A stretch of 64,000 bases of DNA from an uncultured Bacteroidales bacterium. GTDB taxonomy: Bacteria > Bacteroidota > Bacteroidia > Bacteroidales > DTU049. Position numbers and translations under genes: made by a program. The stretch covers positions 1,141-65,140 of the forward strand of contig CAYMAZ010000011.1 of the NCBI GenBank assembly GCA_964388575.1, written 5' to 3'. Below the pieces are notes generated by a model. It was not told where the DNA came from, made no database searches, and saw nothing but the letters and a program-made list of their open reading frames with translations. This document shows positions 29,822 through 41,449 of the stretch, piece after piece (position 1 is the first letter of the stretch; each line of letters starts with the position of its first letter).

Positions 29822-32329
29822 ATGAAAAAAGAAATCATCAGAAAACTTATGCCTTATGGCATTGCCATCATTGTCGGGCTCATCCTGACAGCAATCTATT
29901 TTTATCCGCAACTGCAGGGTAAAACAATCTATCAGCTTGATATTCTGAAACACAGAGGAATGAGTCAGGAAATGATCGAATACAAAGATTCAGGCGAGCC
30001 GGTGTTATGGACCAACAGGGCTTTCGGAGGAATGCCAACCTATCAGATCACGACCAACCATGACGGGAATATTTTTTATTATATTGACCAGATCTTCAAA
30101 CTGGGCATGCCACGTTCTTCGGGATTTCTTTTTCTCTATTTTCTGGGGTTTTTCATCCTACTGAAATCCATGAAAAAAGATACATGGCTTGCAATACTCG
30201 GTGCACTGGCTTTTGCCCTGTCGACATATTTTATCATCATTATCCAGGCCGGGCACACTTCAAAGGCACATGCCCTTGGATATATGGCTCCTGTTGTTGC
30301 AGGAATTCTGCTGGCTTACAGGGGGAAATATCTGACCGGAGGTATTCTTACCGCCATGTTTGCCGGCCTTCACATTATGGCCAACCATTTTCAGATCACT
30401 TACTACCTGCTTTTTCTCATTGCATTCATTCTCATCGGAGAACTTGTTATTGCTGTCAAAGGCAAAACAATTCAGAAGTTTATTAAGGCTTCAGCGGTGA
30501 TGATCATTGCCGCGATATTTGCCCTGGGACCCAATTTCAACAATTTTCTGTTGTCGTATTCATATGCACAGCACACAATGCGCGGAGAAACAGAACTGAC
30601 ATTCAATGAACAGCAGAAAAGCGGAGGTCTCGACAAAGATTATATCACTGCCTGGAGCTATGGAAAAGATGAAACAATGACACTGTTCATTCCAAATCTG
30701 AAGGGCGGCGCATCTGAACCAATTGCCCAACATAAAAGCGCCATGGAAAAAGTTGACCCTCAGTATAAGCAAAGCGTGGGTCAGATCGGAAGCTACTGGG
30801 GCGAGCAGCCCTTTACTTCAGGGCCTGTGTATGCCGGTGCTTTTATCTTTATGTTGTTTATCCTGTCGCTTTTTCTTGTTAGAAACTGGCTGAGCTGGTC
30901 GCTGCTTGGTGTGACAATACTGGCAATATTACTTGCCTGGGGACGTCACTTTATGCCGCTGACCGACTGGTTTATTGATTACTTTCCAATGTACAACAAG
31001 TTCCGAACGGTTTCGACATTCCTGATCATTGCTGAATTTACGATTCCGCTGCTTGCAATTCTCGGATTGAAAAAGATTTTTGATCAGCCAAATCTGATCA
31101 AAGAAAAATCGAAATATTTTTGGACCGCATTCGGGCTTACCGGAGGGCTGTCGCTTCTGTTCTGGCTATTGCCCGGGACATTTTTCAACTTCTTTTCATC
31201 AACAGAGCTCACACAGTTTTCAGAATTTGCAGCCCAGGGTGCAACCCAGGCACAAATTGATGCATATATGGATAACATTGAAACCGCAAGAATATCGATA
31301 CTGAAATCTGATGCCATCAGAAGCTTTCTGATTATTCTTGCCGGCACTGCATTGTTGTGGCTCTGGTCGGTCAACAAACTTAAAAAAGAAATTTTTATCA
31401 TCGGATTGTTCATCGTGGTTGCTGCTGATCTCATTCCTGTAAACAAAAGATATCTCAACGAATCGCATTTCAAAAATAAAAGAATGATGGAAAAACCCTA
31501 CCAGCCGTCTCAGGCTGATGAATTTATTCTGAGAGATACAGAACTGAATTATCGTGTTTTAAACATAGCAGTGAATACATTCAATGATGCCAGTACTTCA
31601 TACTTCCATAAGTCAGTTGGGGGGTATCATGCGGCCAAACTCCAGCGCTATCAGGATTTGATTTCATATAAACTTCAGAATGAAATTGAAAAACTGATCG
31701 GTACTTTCCAGAATAATCCCTCCGACTCAGCAATAAATGAAACTCTTGCTTCATTGCACGGGCTGAATATGCTGAATACAAAATATATCATCTATAATCC
31801 CCAGGCACCTCCCCTGCCAAATCAGCATAGTATGGGCAATGCATGGTTTGTGAATGATGTGCGTTTTGCTGCTGATGCTGATGAGGAAATGAATCTGCTT
31901 TTGCAAACAGACATTAAGGAAACCGCAATCATCAATGAGAATTTTAAAGATGTTGTGGGAGATTTTGCTTTCAATACAGACACAAATTCAATTATTGCCC
32001 TGACACATTATTCTCCGTCAAAACTTGAATATCAGTTTACTTCTACAACACCACAACTGGTTGTGTTTTCGGAAATTTATTATCCGGATGGCTGGCATGC
32101 CTATGTGGGTGATGATGAAGCCGGGATTTTCAGGGCAAATTATGTTTTGAGAGGGTTGATCGTCCCGGAAGGAAATCATACCATTACTTTCAGGTTTGAA
32201 CCGTCGGAATATACGACAGGAAAAATGGTTTCCACATCATTTTCTGTTGTATTTATGCTGATGCTCCTTGGCATTATTGCTGTTGAAGTGAAAAAGAATT
32301 ACTTCGGTAAAGAAATCGTTTCGAAATAG
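29822..32329 (+). CDS. YfhO-family polytopic membrane protein (putative glycosyl/glycopolymer transferase)
   Basis: 835 aa. A many-TM N-terminal two thirds, a large extracytoplasmic C-terminal domain and a final TM helix. Size and topology resemble bacterial YfhO-family proteins. Call is by architecture only. Confidence 0.7.
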   Translation: MKKEIIRKLMPYGIAIIVGLILTAIYFYPQLQGKTIYQLDILKHRGMSQEMIEYKDSGEPVLWTNRAFGGMPTYQITTNHDGNIFYYIDQIFKLGMPRSSGFLFLYFLGFFILLKSMKKDTWLAILGALAFALSTYFIIIIQAGHTSKAHALGYMAPVVAGILLAYRGKYLTGGILTAMFAGLHIMANHFQITYYLLFLIAFILIGELVIAVKGKTIQKFIKASAVMIIAAIFALGPNFNNFLLSYSYAQHTMRGETELTFNEQQKSGGLDKDYITAWSYGKDETMTLFIPNLKGGASEPIAQHKSAMEKVDPQYKQSVGQIGSYWGEQPFTSGPVYAGAFIFMLFILSLFLVRNWLSWSLLGVTILAILLAWGRHFMPLTDWFIDYFPMYNKFRTVSTFLIIAEFTIPLLAILGLKKIFDQPNLIKEKSKYFWTAFGLTGGLSLLFWLLPGTFFNFFSSTELTQFSEFAAQGATQAQIDAYMDNIETARISILKSDAIRSFLIILAGTALLWLWSVNKLKKEIFIIGLFIVVAADLIPVNKRYLNESHFKNKRMMEKPYQPSQADEFILRDTELNYRVLNIAVNTFNDASTSYFHKSVGGYHAAKLQRYQDLISYKLQNEIEKLIGTFQNNPSDSAINETLASLHGLNMLNTKYIIYNPQAPPLPNQHSMGNAWFVNDVRFAADADEEMNLLLQTDIKETAIINENFKDVVGDFAFNTDTNSIIALTHYSPSKLEYQFTSTTPQLVVFSEIYYPDGWHAYVGDDEAGIFRANYVLRGLIVPEGNHTITFRFEPSEYTTGKMVSTSFSVVFMLMLLGIIAVEVKKNYFGKEIVSK

Positions 32330-32868
32330 TACTTTCCTTTTTCAGACAAGGGGGTATCAGCTATGGTATTTTTCATTTATAAAATGAATGCCCCCGCTGC
32401 TGCAATTTTGCGGATTTTTCTCGCAAAGACACAGTTTTTTTTTATAGAGCGGTACTCTGTAAATTTATCTTTTGTCTGGAGTCAGGTGTATGCAAATATT
32501 ACAGTGCGAGTTGGTGGACTGACAAACTAATGCGCATGAACAGTGTGGTTTTGTTTTTACCACACGATGCAATCGTTCGGTTTTGGGGGTTGACGGTTTG
32601 CCACTTGGCGTAGGCGGGCAGTTTTGAAAATATATCATTCCGGCCAGCACAATTTTCATTAAATGTACAATCTTTCTCCTTACACCAATGTGCCCGTTAG
32701 CGTTTAGCCTTTGTTAACTGCAGGCTATCTTTACAATGGATTCAGAAATCTTCATCAATTCATTCATTAATAATTATAAACCAAGTACTTATGATAAAAG
32801 TCATTCTAGGATTTTGGGTATCTCCAATAAGGTATGCAAATAAAATCTCAATATGTTTTGAATCTCAA

Positions 32869-33057
32869 TTAAGCTTTATTTTTATTATTAATATATGAAA
32901 TATATCGACCAATATAATATGCGATAATCAAGGGCAGCCAAAGATGTCGGCATATAATGTTGCAGTTATCTATATTTTGATCAAAGTTCAGAATTATTAA
33001 GTAAACTCCGAATGAAAGTATTATAAAGACAATGTCAAAAAATTTTCCTTTATTCAT
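32869..33057 (-). CDS. Possible small two-TM membrane protein (weak call)
   Basis: A 62-aa ORF with two hydrophobic segments in an extremely AT-rich stretch. No homology recognised. Confidence 0.2.
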   Translation of the reverse strand: MNKGKFFDIVFIILSFGVYLIILNFDQNIDNCNIICRHLWLPLIIAYYIGRYISYINNKNKA

Positions 33058-33221
33058 AATTGTTTTCTTCTAATGATTAAAACTCACATTTAATAACGAA
33101 TTCAAAAACCAGCAAATCTTCCTGATATTAGAATTCTTTATTTTGCTTGCAACTTTCTAGTTTTTTATTCAACGTTTTGATTTTCAAAAATAGATAATAT
33201 TTTTAATTCTGCCGAACAAAT

Positions 33222-33371
33222 TTGAGACCACTGAGATGAAATCTTGCTTTCAGGAGCAGCTGTCTCAAAACAACAAAATACCTTTTGTATTGCCATACTC
33301 TCATTATTCATGGTATTTGTGAAATTCGTGGCTAAAAAAACGGAAGTCTTGAACCTGCTGAGCAGTTACAA
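33222..33371 (+). repeat. Structured intergenic repeat, partial copy A' (lacks the left closing arm)
   Basis: It aligns by eye with 28731-28879 in the same orientation. The core TGTCTCAAAACAACA..CCTTTTGTATTGCCA.ACTCTCATTATTC.TGGTATTTGTGAAATTCGTGGCT is nearly identical. The hairpin TTTGAGAC/GTCTCAAA is retained (33221-33228 / 33262-33269). Confidence 0.6.
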
Positions 33372-33405
33372 AAAAAGCAGATTGTAAGAAATCTGCTTCT
33401 TTTTA
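33369..33405. terminator. Bidirectional terminator hairpin (serves the minus-strand DUF3108-like gene)
   Basis: AAGCAGATT (33375-33383) pairs with AATCTGCTT (33390-33398) across a 6-nt loop. An A-run lies upstream and a T-run downstream. Confidence 0.7.
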
Positions 33406-33420
33406 AACATTCAGGCATCG

Positions 33421-34269
33421 TCATTTCAGTTTCGATCTGAGCGGATTTTTGACACCCTTGTAGCTGATGAGTTCCATTTTGATACTTCCCACAAGGATCT
33501 GGGATTTGGCAAAAACGGGAATTTTGTTCTCATCATCTGTTACCCAAACCATCATGGGAAACGGATCTTTAAAGACATTTCCGGTCAGCACCATCGGTTT
33601 CACTTTGAATGTGTTGAAAGTTCCAAGTGACGTTTTCAGCTGTTCCTTACCCATATAGAATACTTTGGTTGTGTAGACAGTATCATCAAGTGTGAATGTG
33701 ATGGGGTAGCTGTCGCCTTCTTTCGCATCAGTAAAGTCGAGCGTACGCATATAGTAAATTGACGAAAGTATATCCTGGGTATATGGCGGGATTGAACTTG
33801 TATTGGTTGTCTTTCGTTTGAGGTTTTTAAACTGTGTTGTATTGTTGTAATGATTGAAATTTACATCCTGTTCGATGATATATCCGCCTTCGTTAACCCT
33901 GCGTAGAAACAGCCATGGAACCATCGCCTCTTCATCCAGAAATGTTTCATAGCGGTCGCGAACCCTGTAAAACAAATTGAATGCACCTTTAGTCACTCCG
34001 TTGACGATGATGTGCATTGTATTTCTTTTTGCAATGACCCGAGAATCTTTCTGAATGTCAAATGTACACTCTCCTGCTATGACTTCACCGGTTACAAATG
34101 AATCATAATACACTTTATATACAAGTTTCTCTCCTCTCTGAAATGCATTATTTTCAACTGTTCTCAGTTGTGCAGATAAGGTAACAATGAAAAGCATGAC
34201 CACACTGAATAGTAAAGCTTTTCTGAAAGGGTCAGTCTTTATAGCTAAAAAAAAGTGGATTGTTTTCAT
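33421..34269 (-). CDS. DUF3108-like secreted protein
   Basis: GEKLVYKVYYDSFVTGEVIAGECTFDI.. and the all-beta character resemble DUF3108. The start is placed at the internal Met (34269), before the hydrophobic signal region. The track ORF extends to 34365. Confidence 0.6.
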   Translation of the reverse strand: MKTIHFFLAIKTDPFRKALLFSVVMLFIVTLSAQLRTVENNAFQRGEKLVYKVYYDSFVTGEVIAGECTFDIQKDSRVIAKRNTMHIIVNGVTKGAFNLFYRVRDRYETFLDEEAMVPWLFLRRVNEGGYIIEQDVNFNHYNNTTQFKNLKRKTTNTSSIPPYTQDILSSIYYMRTLDFTDAKEGDSYPITFTLDDTVYTTKVFYMGKEQLKTSLGTFNTFKVKPMVLTGNVFKDPFPMMVWVTDDENKIPVFAKSQILVGSIKMELISYKGVKNPLRSKLK

Positions 34270-34549
34270 CCGTGAATATTTTTGTATTCTAAGGTCTGAT
34301 GCAACTCGCAAATTTTTTTCATGCTCATTTGTACTTTTTAAACATGCTCGTTTCATATGGCTCAAAATTTATTCTTCTCAATAATCAAAATACATACCAT
34401 TCTGTTAACGTATTGAAAAACAAAATATTACACGGAAAACACAAATAAGCTGTCCTGCACATTTGATATCAGATAATCAATATATCAAAACTTATGTCCA
34501 ATACACTGACACTTTGAAAAAAGAATTTAATGTGAGTAAAACAAAACGT

Positions 34550-35941
34550 TTACTCTTTCACAACTTTCACAGAATAATGAGATTTTCCAATGAACGTTAG
34601 AAAATACACACCATTTTCCAGAGCAGATAAATCCATATATTCATTCCCCAGTGTTATAGTTGTTGACAAAATTTCTCGGCCAATAACATCAAATATTTTC
34701 AGCACATATTCATCATCAGCGTATATCTGCAACATATCGGAAACAGGATTTGGAAAAACGGTGATGTTTGCCTGTTCGAAATGTGAAACTGAAGTTGTAT
34801 CAATGATTTCAAACTCAACAGTTACATGAGCAGTATCAGTCAGGCCGGCCAGTGTGTATGACGGAAGTACGAATGAAGGAATGATTGTTCCGTTTAAAGT
34901 CCATTCCAAAATTTCATAACTGTTGTCTGGAGTAGCAGTAAACTCAACATCTTTACCTTCCTCCACCAGATCCCCTGACAAAATTGTAACTCCGTCAACA
35001 GTTGCAACCAGACTTCCATTGCCATTGATAACTTCAAAAGTAACAGGATAAGTGATTACCGGCGGAGTATATGTGTATGGAATAGCCAATGCACATAATT
35101 CTGCATTTGCACATGTCCCCAAACTAGCAGAAACGAGTCCGGTGGTGACATCAAGGGTTCTCCATGAACTCACTCCGCCTCCTTCATAGGCTGCAATGTA
35201 CAGAATATTGTCTTCAAGATCATACTCCATGTCTTGTGCATAATTAATTCCAATACCGATTCCGGTTCCGATGGGAGTTGCTGCACCAGTCGTTTTGTTA
35301 ATAGAATATAAAATATCATCATTCATATTCACAGAATATAAAACCCCTGAAGGAGAACATGCAAGATTAATAAAAGTGGACGATGCAACATTACATGAGC
35401 CAATTAAGGTTGAAGCTCCTGTTGAAATATCAATTGTATACAGATCTGTACCGGTGATGGCATATAAAACAGAGTCTAAAACGTCATAAGCCAGACCGTT
35501 AAACTGGATACTCCCTGTTGAGCCGATGGGTGTTAATACTCCTGTTAATGTGTCAATAGAAACAAGAGTAAAGTCAGTTGCATTGGCACCAAGCCATTGT
35601 CCTTCTGCCCAAGTCCCTGCATACACATTTTCCCCGTTGGCAGCAATCAAATAAAATGTATTTGGATCATCAGAATAAAAATAAGAAGGTCCTCTGGTTA
35701 CTGTTGAATAGCCACCCATAGGTATGCAGAAAATCTTCTTTCCGCTTCTGTTGTTTTTTAGATCTGCCTGGACAGACTTGTCGTCCGTTGGAATTACATG
35801 TGCATTGAATTGATCATTCTGCAGATGCGTTGTTGTTTCAACTGTAGCATATTTTTCAGAAGCTTGTGGAACGAACCCTTGTGCACTCAGGTTCCCAGAA
35901 AATACGACTACTAAGAACAAAATAAAAATAAATTTCTTCAT
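34550..35941 (-). CDS. T9SS-sorted surface protein (beta-propeller-like region + InlB-B-repeat-like Ig domain + T9SS CTD)
   Basis: Signal peptide. Segment YPVTFEVINGNGSLVATVDG..VEFTATPDNSYEILEWTLNG. C-terminal FPNPVSDMLQIY...GVYFLTF..VKVVKE. Confidence 0.7.
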   Translation of the reverse strand: MKKFIFILFLVVVFSGNLSAQGFVPQASEKYATVETTTHLQNDQFNAHVIPTDDKSVQADLKNNRSGKKIFCIPMGGYSTVTRGPSYFYSDDPNTFYLIAANGENVYAGTWAEGQWLGANATDFTLVSIDTLTGVLTPIGSTGSIQFNGLAYDVLDSVLYAITGTDLYTIDISTGASTLIGSCNVASSTFINLACSPSGVLYSVNMNDDILYSINKTTGAATPIGTGIGIGINYAQDMEYDLEDNILYIAAYEGGGVSSWRTLDVTTGLVSASLGTCANAELCALAIPYTYTPPVITYPVTFEVINGNGSLVATVDGVTILSGDLVEEGKDVEFTATPDNSYEILEWTLNGTIIPSFVLPSYTLAGLTDTAHVTVEFEIIDTTSVSHFEQANITVFPNPVSDMLQIYADDEYVLKIFDVIGREILSTTITLGNEYMDLSALENGVYFLTFIGKSHYSVKVVKE

Positions 35942-36042
35942 AGTTGTAGTTTTTTAAATTAATAAATACCAAAACTACAAATTATTGTTTATAATTCACT
36001 TAATATTATGATAAAAAAAGAATTTTTTATATCTAACAATAA

Positions 36043-38823
36043 CTAAACAACCACATTTACAATCTTTCGGGGCACAACAATCACCTTTTTGGGTTGTTTT
36101 CCATCGAGCCATTTCTGTGATTCGGGGGCTTCAAGAACCATGCGTGTTACTTCCTCCTGACCGGCATCAACAGGGACTGAAAGTGTGAATCTCATTTTAC
36201 CATTGAAAGAAACCGGACATTCAAATGTACTCTCTGTGACAAAACCAGGATTAAACACAGGGAAATCAGCCTGTACAACTGAAGTGTTGTTTCCGCACAA
36301 ATGCCATAATTCCTCAGCAAAATGCGGTGCAAATGGCGAAATCAGCACAAGCAACGGTTCCAGAATTTTCTTTTTGCTGCATTTCAGTTCGGTGAGTTCA
36401 TTGACACAGATCATAAAGGCACTGACAGCCGTATTCAGGGAAAACCGCTCAATGTCTTCTTCAATTTTCTTAATGGTTTTGTGTAGCACCTTCAATTCGG
36501 CAGCAGTAGGTTCTTCATCAGTTACAGTCACATTTCCCTGCGCATCAAAAAACAACCTCCAGAACTTTTTCAAAAATCTGAACACACCTTCTATACCGTT
36601 TGTATCCCAGGGTTTTGACTGTTCAACAGGGCCGAGGAACATTTCATACAAACGTAGTGTATCAGCTCCGTAGCGCGAAATGAGTGAATCGGGGTTCACT
36701 ACATTGTAAAATGACTTCGACATTTTTTCAACTTCAACTCCGCAGATGTATTTACCGTTTTCAAGCTCAAATACGGCATTTACAAATTCAGCTCTCCAAT
36801 TTTTAAATGCCTCTGTATCAAGCACGTCATTATTCACAATGTTCACGTCAACATGCATGGGCATAACTTGATAGCGATCAATCAGGCCTGCAGAAATGAA
36901 TTGCCCGGTATTTTCCTTATTTCTGTAAACAATATTTGAGCGGCCCAGGATCATTCCCTGGTTGACCAGCTTTTTAAAAGGCTCATCTTCGGGTGTGAGT
37001 CCGATATCAAACAGGAATTTATTCCAGAAGCGCGCATACATCAGATGACCTGTGGCATGTTCGGCACCGCCAACATAAAAATCAACACTTTTCCAGTAGT
37101 CAACAATGTTTCTGTTAAAATATTCAATGTCGTTGTTGGGATCCATAAACCGGAAATAATAGGCACTTGAACCTGCAAAGCCGGGCATTGTATTGGTTTC
37201 TATCTGATGGCCTTCATCTGTTATCCAGTTTGTGGCACGGGCAAGAGGTGGTTCTCCGGTTTCTGTGGGCAGATATTTGTCAACTTCGGGCAAAGTGAGT
37301 GGGAGTTGATCAATCTCCATAACGTAGGGAATACCTTCTTTGTAATACACCGGAAACGGTTCGCCCCAATAGCGCTGACGGCTGAAAATAGCATCACGGA
37401 TGCGATAAGTTGTTTTGCCATACCCTATGTTCTTTTTTTCAAGTTCTGTGATGACAGTTTCGATGGCTTCGAGAGGATGCATTCCGTTGATAAAATCAGA
37501 ATTGACCATCGAACCTTCTTTTTCTTCCCAGGCTGCTTCTTCGACATTGCCTCCGGTGATTACTTCTTTGACCGGTAATCCAAAATGTTTTGCAAAGGCA
37601 TGATCACGGGCGTCATGTCCGGGAACTGCCATGACAGATCCTGTTCCATAACCGGCAAGCACATAATCGGCAACCCAGATTGGGATTTTTTCTCCTGAAA
37701 AAGGGTTGATGGCGTAAGCACCGGTAAACACACCAGATACTTTTTTAACTTCAGTCATGCGTTCTCGCTCAGAGCGGTTGACAGCATATTCAACATAACG
37801 TTTTACTTCTTCCATTTGCTCAGGAATAGTGATTTTCATCACTGCTTCATGTTCGGGAGCATAAGTCATGAAACTAACACCAAAGATCGTATCGGGGCGA
37901 GTGGTAAATACATCAAGAGTCATATCAGGATGTTCGTCAATGGCAAAGCTGATCATTGCGCCTTTTGACTTTCCGATCCAGTTTCTCTGAATGTCTTTAA
38001 TACTCTCAGACCAGTCAATTCGATCAAGACCTTCTAGCAGACGATCGGCATAGGCCGTTATTCTGAGCAGCCACTGTTTCATCGTTTTCTTTACCACAGG
38101 ATGTCCTCCTCTGACGCTCAGGCCTTCGCTGACTTCGTCATTGGCGAGCACAGTTCCAAGTGCAGGGCACCAGTTCACGGTGGTATCGGCAAGATAGGCA
38201 AGGCGGTAATTCATAAGAATTTCACGTTGCTGCTTTTCATTAAAAGCATTCCACTGCGTGGCAGTAAAGATTTCATCCTTACTACAGGCAGCGTTAACAG
38301 AAGCGTTTCCTTCTTTACAGAAGATCTCAATAAGATGTGAAACTGGTTCTGCCTTTTGAGTATCGGAATTGAAATAATGTTCAAATAACTGAATAAAAGT
38401 CCATTGAGTCCATTTATAGTATGCCGGATCGCAGGTTCTTACTTCACGGCTCCAGTCATAATCAAATCCAAGGCTTTGAAACTGTTCTTTATAGCGTTTG
38501 ATATTTTGCTCTGTGGTAATTGCAGGATGCTGGCCTGTCTGGATAGCATATTGTTCGGCAGGCAGTCCAAACGCATCAAAACCCATTGGATGAAGCACAT
38601 TAAATCCCTTCAGTCTTTTATACCGTGATAAAATATCGGAAGCGATATATCCGAGGGGATGGCCTACATGCAACCCAGCCCCTGAGGGGTAGGGAAACAT
38701 ATCAAGCACATAATATTTGGGTTTTGAGGGATCAGTTTCGGTTTTAAATATCTGCTGTTCTTCCCAGAGAACCTGCCATTTTTGTTCAATATCAGTAAAT
38801 TTGTATTCCATATTCAGCGCCAA
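36043..38823 (-). CDS. leuS: Leucine--tRNA ligase
   Basis: [18 protein letters not shown] (HIGH region), KMSKS ([10 protein letters not shown]), the CP1 editing domain, and a length of 926 aa. Confidence 0.97.
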   Translation of the reverse strand: MALNMEYKFTDIEQKWQVLWEEQQIFKTETDPSKPKYYVLDMFPYPSGAGLHVGHPLGYIASDILSRYKRLKGFNVLHPMGFDAFGLPAEQYAIQTGQHPAITTEQNIKRYKEQFQSLGFDYDWSREVRTCDPAYYKWTQWTFIQLFEHYFNSDTQKAEPVSHLIEIFCKEGNASVNAACSKDEIFTATQWNAFNEKQQREILMNYRLAYLADTTVNWCPALGTVLANDEVSEGLSVRGGHPVVKKTMKQWLLRITAYADRLLEGLDRIDWSESIKDIQRNWIGKSKGAMISFAIDEHPDMTLDVFTTRPDTIFGVSFMTYAPEHEAVMKITIPEQMEEVKRYVEYAVNRSERERMTEVKKVSGVFTGAYAINPFSGEKIPIWVADYVLAGYGTGSVMAVPGHDARDHAFAKHFGLPVKEVITGGNVEEAAWEEKEGSMVNSDFINGMHPLEAIETVITELEKKNIGYGKTTYRIRDAIFSRQRYWGEPFPVYYKEGIPYVMEIDQLPLTLPEVDKYLPTETGEPPLARATNWITDEGHQIETNTMPGFAGSSAYYFRFMDPNNDIEYFNRNIVDYWKSVDFYVGGAEHATGHLMYARFWNKFLFDIGLTPEDEPFKKLVNQGMILGRSNIVYRNKENTGQFISAGLIDRYQVMPMHVDVNIVNNDVLDTEAFKNWRAEFVNAVFELENGKYICGVEVEKMSKSFYNVVNPDSLISRYGADTLRLYEMFLGPVEQSKPWDTNGIEGVFRFLKKFWRLFFDAQGNVTVTDEEPTAAELKVLHKTIKKIEEDIERFSLNTAVSAFMICVNELTELKCSKKKILEPLLVLISPFAPHFAEELWHLCGNNTSVVQADFPVFNPGFVTESTFECPVSFNGKMRFTLSVPVDAGQEEVTRMVLEAPESQKWLDGKQPKKVIVVPRKIVNVVV

Positions 38824-39032
38824 TAATTTTCAGTTTGCGAAATTACTAAAAAATAGGGATTTGGTCTGCAAAGTAAATCATACAATGAATAACAATAAAC
38901 CGGCAAAATTTATACTAAAATTGCTGGTCGACTAACCGTGTTATAAACATAAAGCCTAAAGTTCTGCCATTCATAACATTTCTGATTTGATAAGAAATTT
39001 TTAGTTTATTTGCATGAACATATATTTTTAAA

Positions 39033-41321
39033 ATGAAGTTAATATTCTTAAAAGTCATTTTGCCTTTTGTATGTGCCATAACACCTCTATTATGTGCCGC
39101 AAAACAAACTGCGATCATCCCTGCGCCAGTGAACATTGAGTATCTCAAAGGCAGTTTTCTTTTTTCTCCTTCAGTAACTATTGTCAGTACCAACGGAAAA
39201 TTTCAGAATGAAATCAGGTTTTTTAATGAAATGCTGAACAAATATTTCGGCTTTACTCTTTCCAAAGACACACAAGCTTCTGAAAAAGAATGTATTGAAT
39301 TGATTTACGATTCAACTTTTGGCAGTGAGGAATATCTTCTTGATATTTCATCCTCAATAATCAGAATTCAGGGAAGGGAAGCCGGCGTATTCTATGGTTT
39401 GCAAACCCTTCTTCAGCTGCTTCCTCCTCAAATGAATGGCAAAGCTGAAGTTCCCTGTCTTCGAATCCATGATTATCCCCGTTTTCATTGGCGGGGTATG
39501 CATCTCGATGTGAGCCGACACTTTTTCCCAAAAGAATTTATTTTCAGGTATATTGACTTTTTGGCAATGTATAAAATGAATACCTTCCACTGGCATCTTA
39601 CAGATGATCAGGGTTGGAGAATTGAAATAAAAAAATATCCGCTGCTGACAGAGATAGGTGCATGGCGGAAAGGCACACTCATCGGTCATGCAAGTGATGA
39701 AGCCATGCTTGCAGATACCTTAAAATACGGAGGATTTTACACGCAGGAAGAGGTGCGCGAGGTTGTTGCCTACGCAAAAGCCCGGCACATTACAATCGTC
39801 CCTGAGATTGAAATGCCGGGTCATGCTATGGCTGCATTGATGGCATATCCGAATTTATCGTGCACCGGAAAACAGCAGGATGTTGCTACAGCTTGGGGTG
39901 TTTTCGAACATGTGTTCTGTACGAAAGATGAAGTGTTTGAGTTCCTTGAAGATGTTCTGACCGAGGTTATTGATCTGTTTCCTGAGACCTATATTCATGT
40001 GGGTGGAGATGAATGTCCCAAAACCAACTGGAAAAAATGTCCTCATTGCCAGGCACGTATGAAATCCGAAGTATTGAAAGATGAACATGAACTACAAAGT
40101 TATTTCATCACACGTATCGAAAAGTTCATCAGCAGTAAAGGCCGCAAACTGATCGGATGGGATGAGATCCTTGAAGGCGGGCTGGCCCCAAATGCAGCCG
40201 TGATGTCGTGGCGGGGAACTGAAGGTGGAATTGAAGCAGCACGATCCGGACATTACGCAGTCATGACTCCCGGCTCACATTGCTATTTTGATCATTACCA
40301 GGGAGATCCCACAAATGAGCCGTTGGCATTCGGAGGATTTACCACTGTGGAGAAGGTCTATTCATACGAGCCCGTTCCTACCGAACTAAATGAGGAAGAA
40401 GCAAAATTCATTCTTGGGGCGCAGGGAAATGTATGGACTGAATACATTGCCACCGAAAAGCATGTTGAGTATATGATTTTCCCACGCCTCTGTGCGTTGT
40501 CTGAGGTTGTCTGGACTCCTGCAAAACAAAAGAATTGGATTGATTTCCGCACAAGGCTGATCAGACATTTTGATTATTTTGATCACAGAGTCATCAATTA
40601 CTCCAGGGCATTGTTTGAGATAAGAAAAAAGGTGGTCTGTGATACTGTTCAGAGAAAAATTTTTCTGGAACTCAGTCAGGAACTGAATATGGGAGACATT
40701 TACTACCATATTGCAGGAAAGGACAGCTCAATACAATTACATACCGGAGGATATTCTGTACCCATAGAAATTACAGATTCTTATACTGTTTACGCTTCTA
40801 CGTATGATGCAAACGGGAAACAAAGAGGCAGCACCAAGCAGGAGTTTGTTCACTCTTTGTCCTCAGGAGCAAAGATACAGCTCACTCATGCTCCTTCAAA
40901 GTTTTACAATTATGGCAGCCCATATACTTTAGTTGACGGTGTGTCGGGAAGAGTGCCATGGAATGGAAAGGAATGGCTGGGATTTTCCAATACGGATATG
41001 GAGGCTGTGGTTGATCTCGGAAGAAATGAAACCATTTCAACAGTGAAAGTTCATGCATTGAAAGCTGAGGCAAGCTGGATATATCTACCAGTTGGAATGA
41101 CAGTTTGGGTATCTTCGAATGGTAAAAAATTTCAGAAAGTTGGTCAGTTATCAGCTGAAGAAATAGCAGCTGGCGGAAGATTCATGACTGTTGAGCTGGC
41201 AAAACCCGTCAATGCAAGATATGTGAAAATTCTGGTTGAGCGGGCGGGAATCATCGGTGCTGGAAAGCAGGGCGAAGGACATAATGCATGGTTGTTTATC
41301 AGTGAGATTGAAGTTCGGTAA
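39033..41321 (+). CDS. Beta-N-acetylhexosaminidase (GH20) with C-terminal F5/8-type-C (discoidin)-like domain
   Basis: RGMHLDVSRHF, FHWHLTDDQGWRIEIKKYP, IVPEIEMPGHA and GGDEC are GH20 catalytic motifs. Signal peptide present. Confidence 0.9.
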   Translation: MKLIFLKVILPFVCAITPLLCAAKQTAIIPAPVNIEYLKGSFLFSPSVTIVSTNGKFQNEIRFFNEMLNKYFGFTLSKDTQASEKECIELIYDSTFGSEEYLLDISSSIIRIQGREAGVFYGLQTLLQLLPPQMNGKAEVPCLRIHDYPRFHWRGMHLDVSRHFFPKEFIFRYIDFLAMYKMNTFHWHLTDDQGWRIEIKKYPLLTEIGAWRKGTLIGHASDEAMLADTLKYGGFYTQEEVREVVAYAKARHITIVPEIEMPGHAMAALMAYPNLSCTGKQQDVATAWGVFEHVFCTKDEVFEFLEDVLTEVIDLFPETYIHVGGDECPKTNWKKCPHCQARMKSEVLKDEHELQSYFITRIEKFISSKGRKLIGWDEILEGGLAPNAAVMSWRGTEGGIEAARSGHYAVMTPGSHCYFDHYQGDPTNEPLAFGGFTTVEKVYSYEPVPTELNEEEAKFILGAQGNVWTEYIATEKHVEYMIFPRLCALSEVVWTPAKQKNWIDFRTRLIRHFDYFDHRVINYSRALFEIRKKVVCDTVQRKIFLELSQELNMGDIYYHIAGKDSSIQLHTGGYSVPIEITDSYTVYASTYDANGKQRGSTKQEFVHSLSSGAKIQLTHAPSKFYNYGSPYTLVDGVSGRVPWNGKEWLGFSNTDMEAVVDLGRNETISTVKVHALKAEASWIYLPVGMTVWVSSNGKKFQKVGQLSAEEIAAGGRFMTVELAKPVNARYVKILVERAGIIGAGKQGEGHNAWLFISEIEVR

Positions 41322-41449
41322 TGGTTTCTCGCATAGACGCAGAGACGCAAAGAAGATAATTTTTTACCGATTATTACTAATGAAAAAAAGAATTGAGAAC
41401 TTTGTAAAAATCATCGTAAAGTCAAAATTTTATGATGTTATTTGCTAAA

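Noticed and set aside
32465-32659. 64-aa minus-strand ORF (MKIVLAGMIYFQNCPPTPSGKPSTPK...) in the GC-rich island
   Set aside because: Pro/Thr/Cys-rich low-complexity translation with no promoter or family signal. I treat the region as unexplained non-coding DNA rather than as a gene.
36185-38628. Several 60-160-aa plus-strand ORFs inside leuS
   Set aside because: They are shadow ORFs antisense to a complete, motif-bearing leucyl-tRNA synthetase gene.
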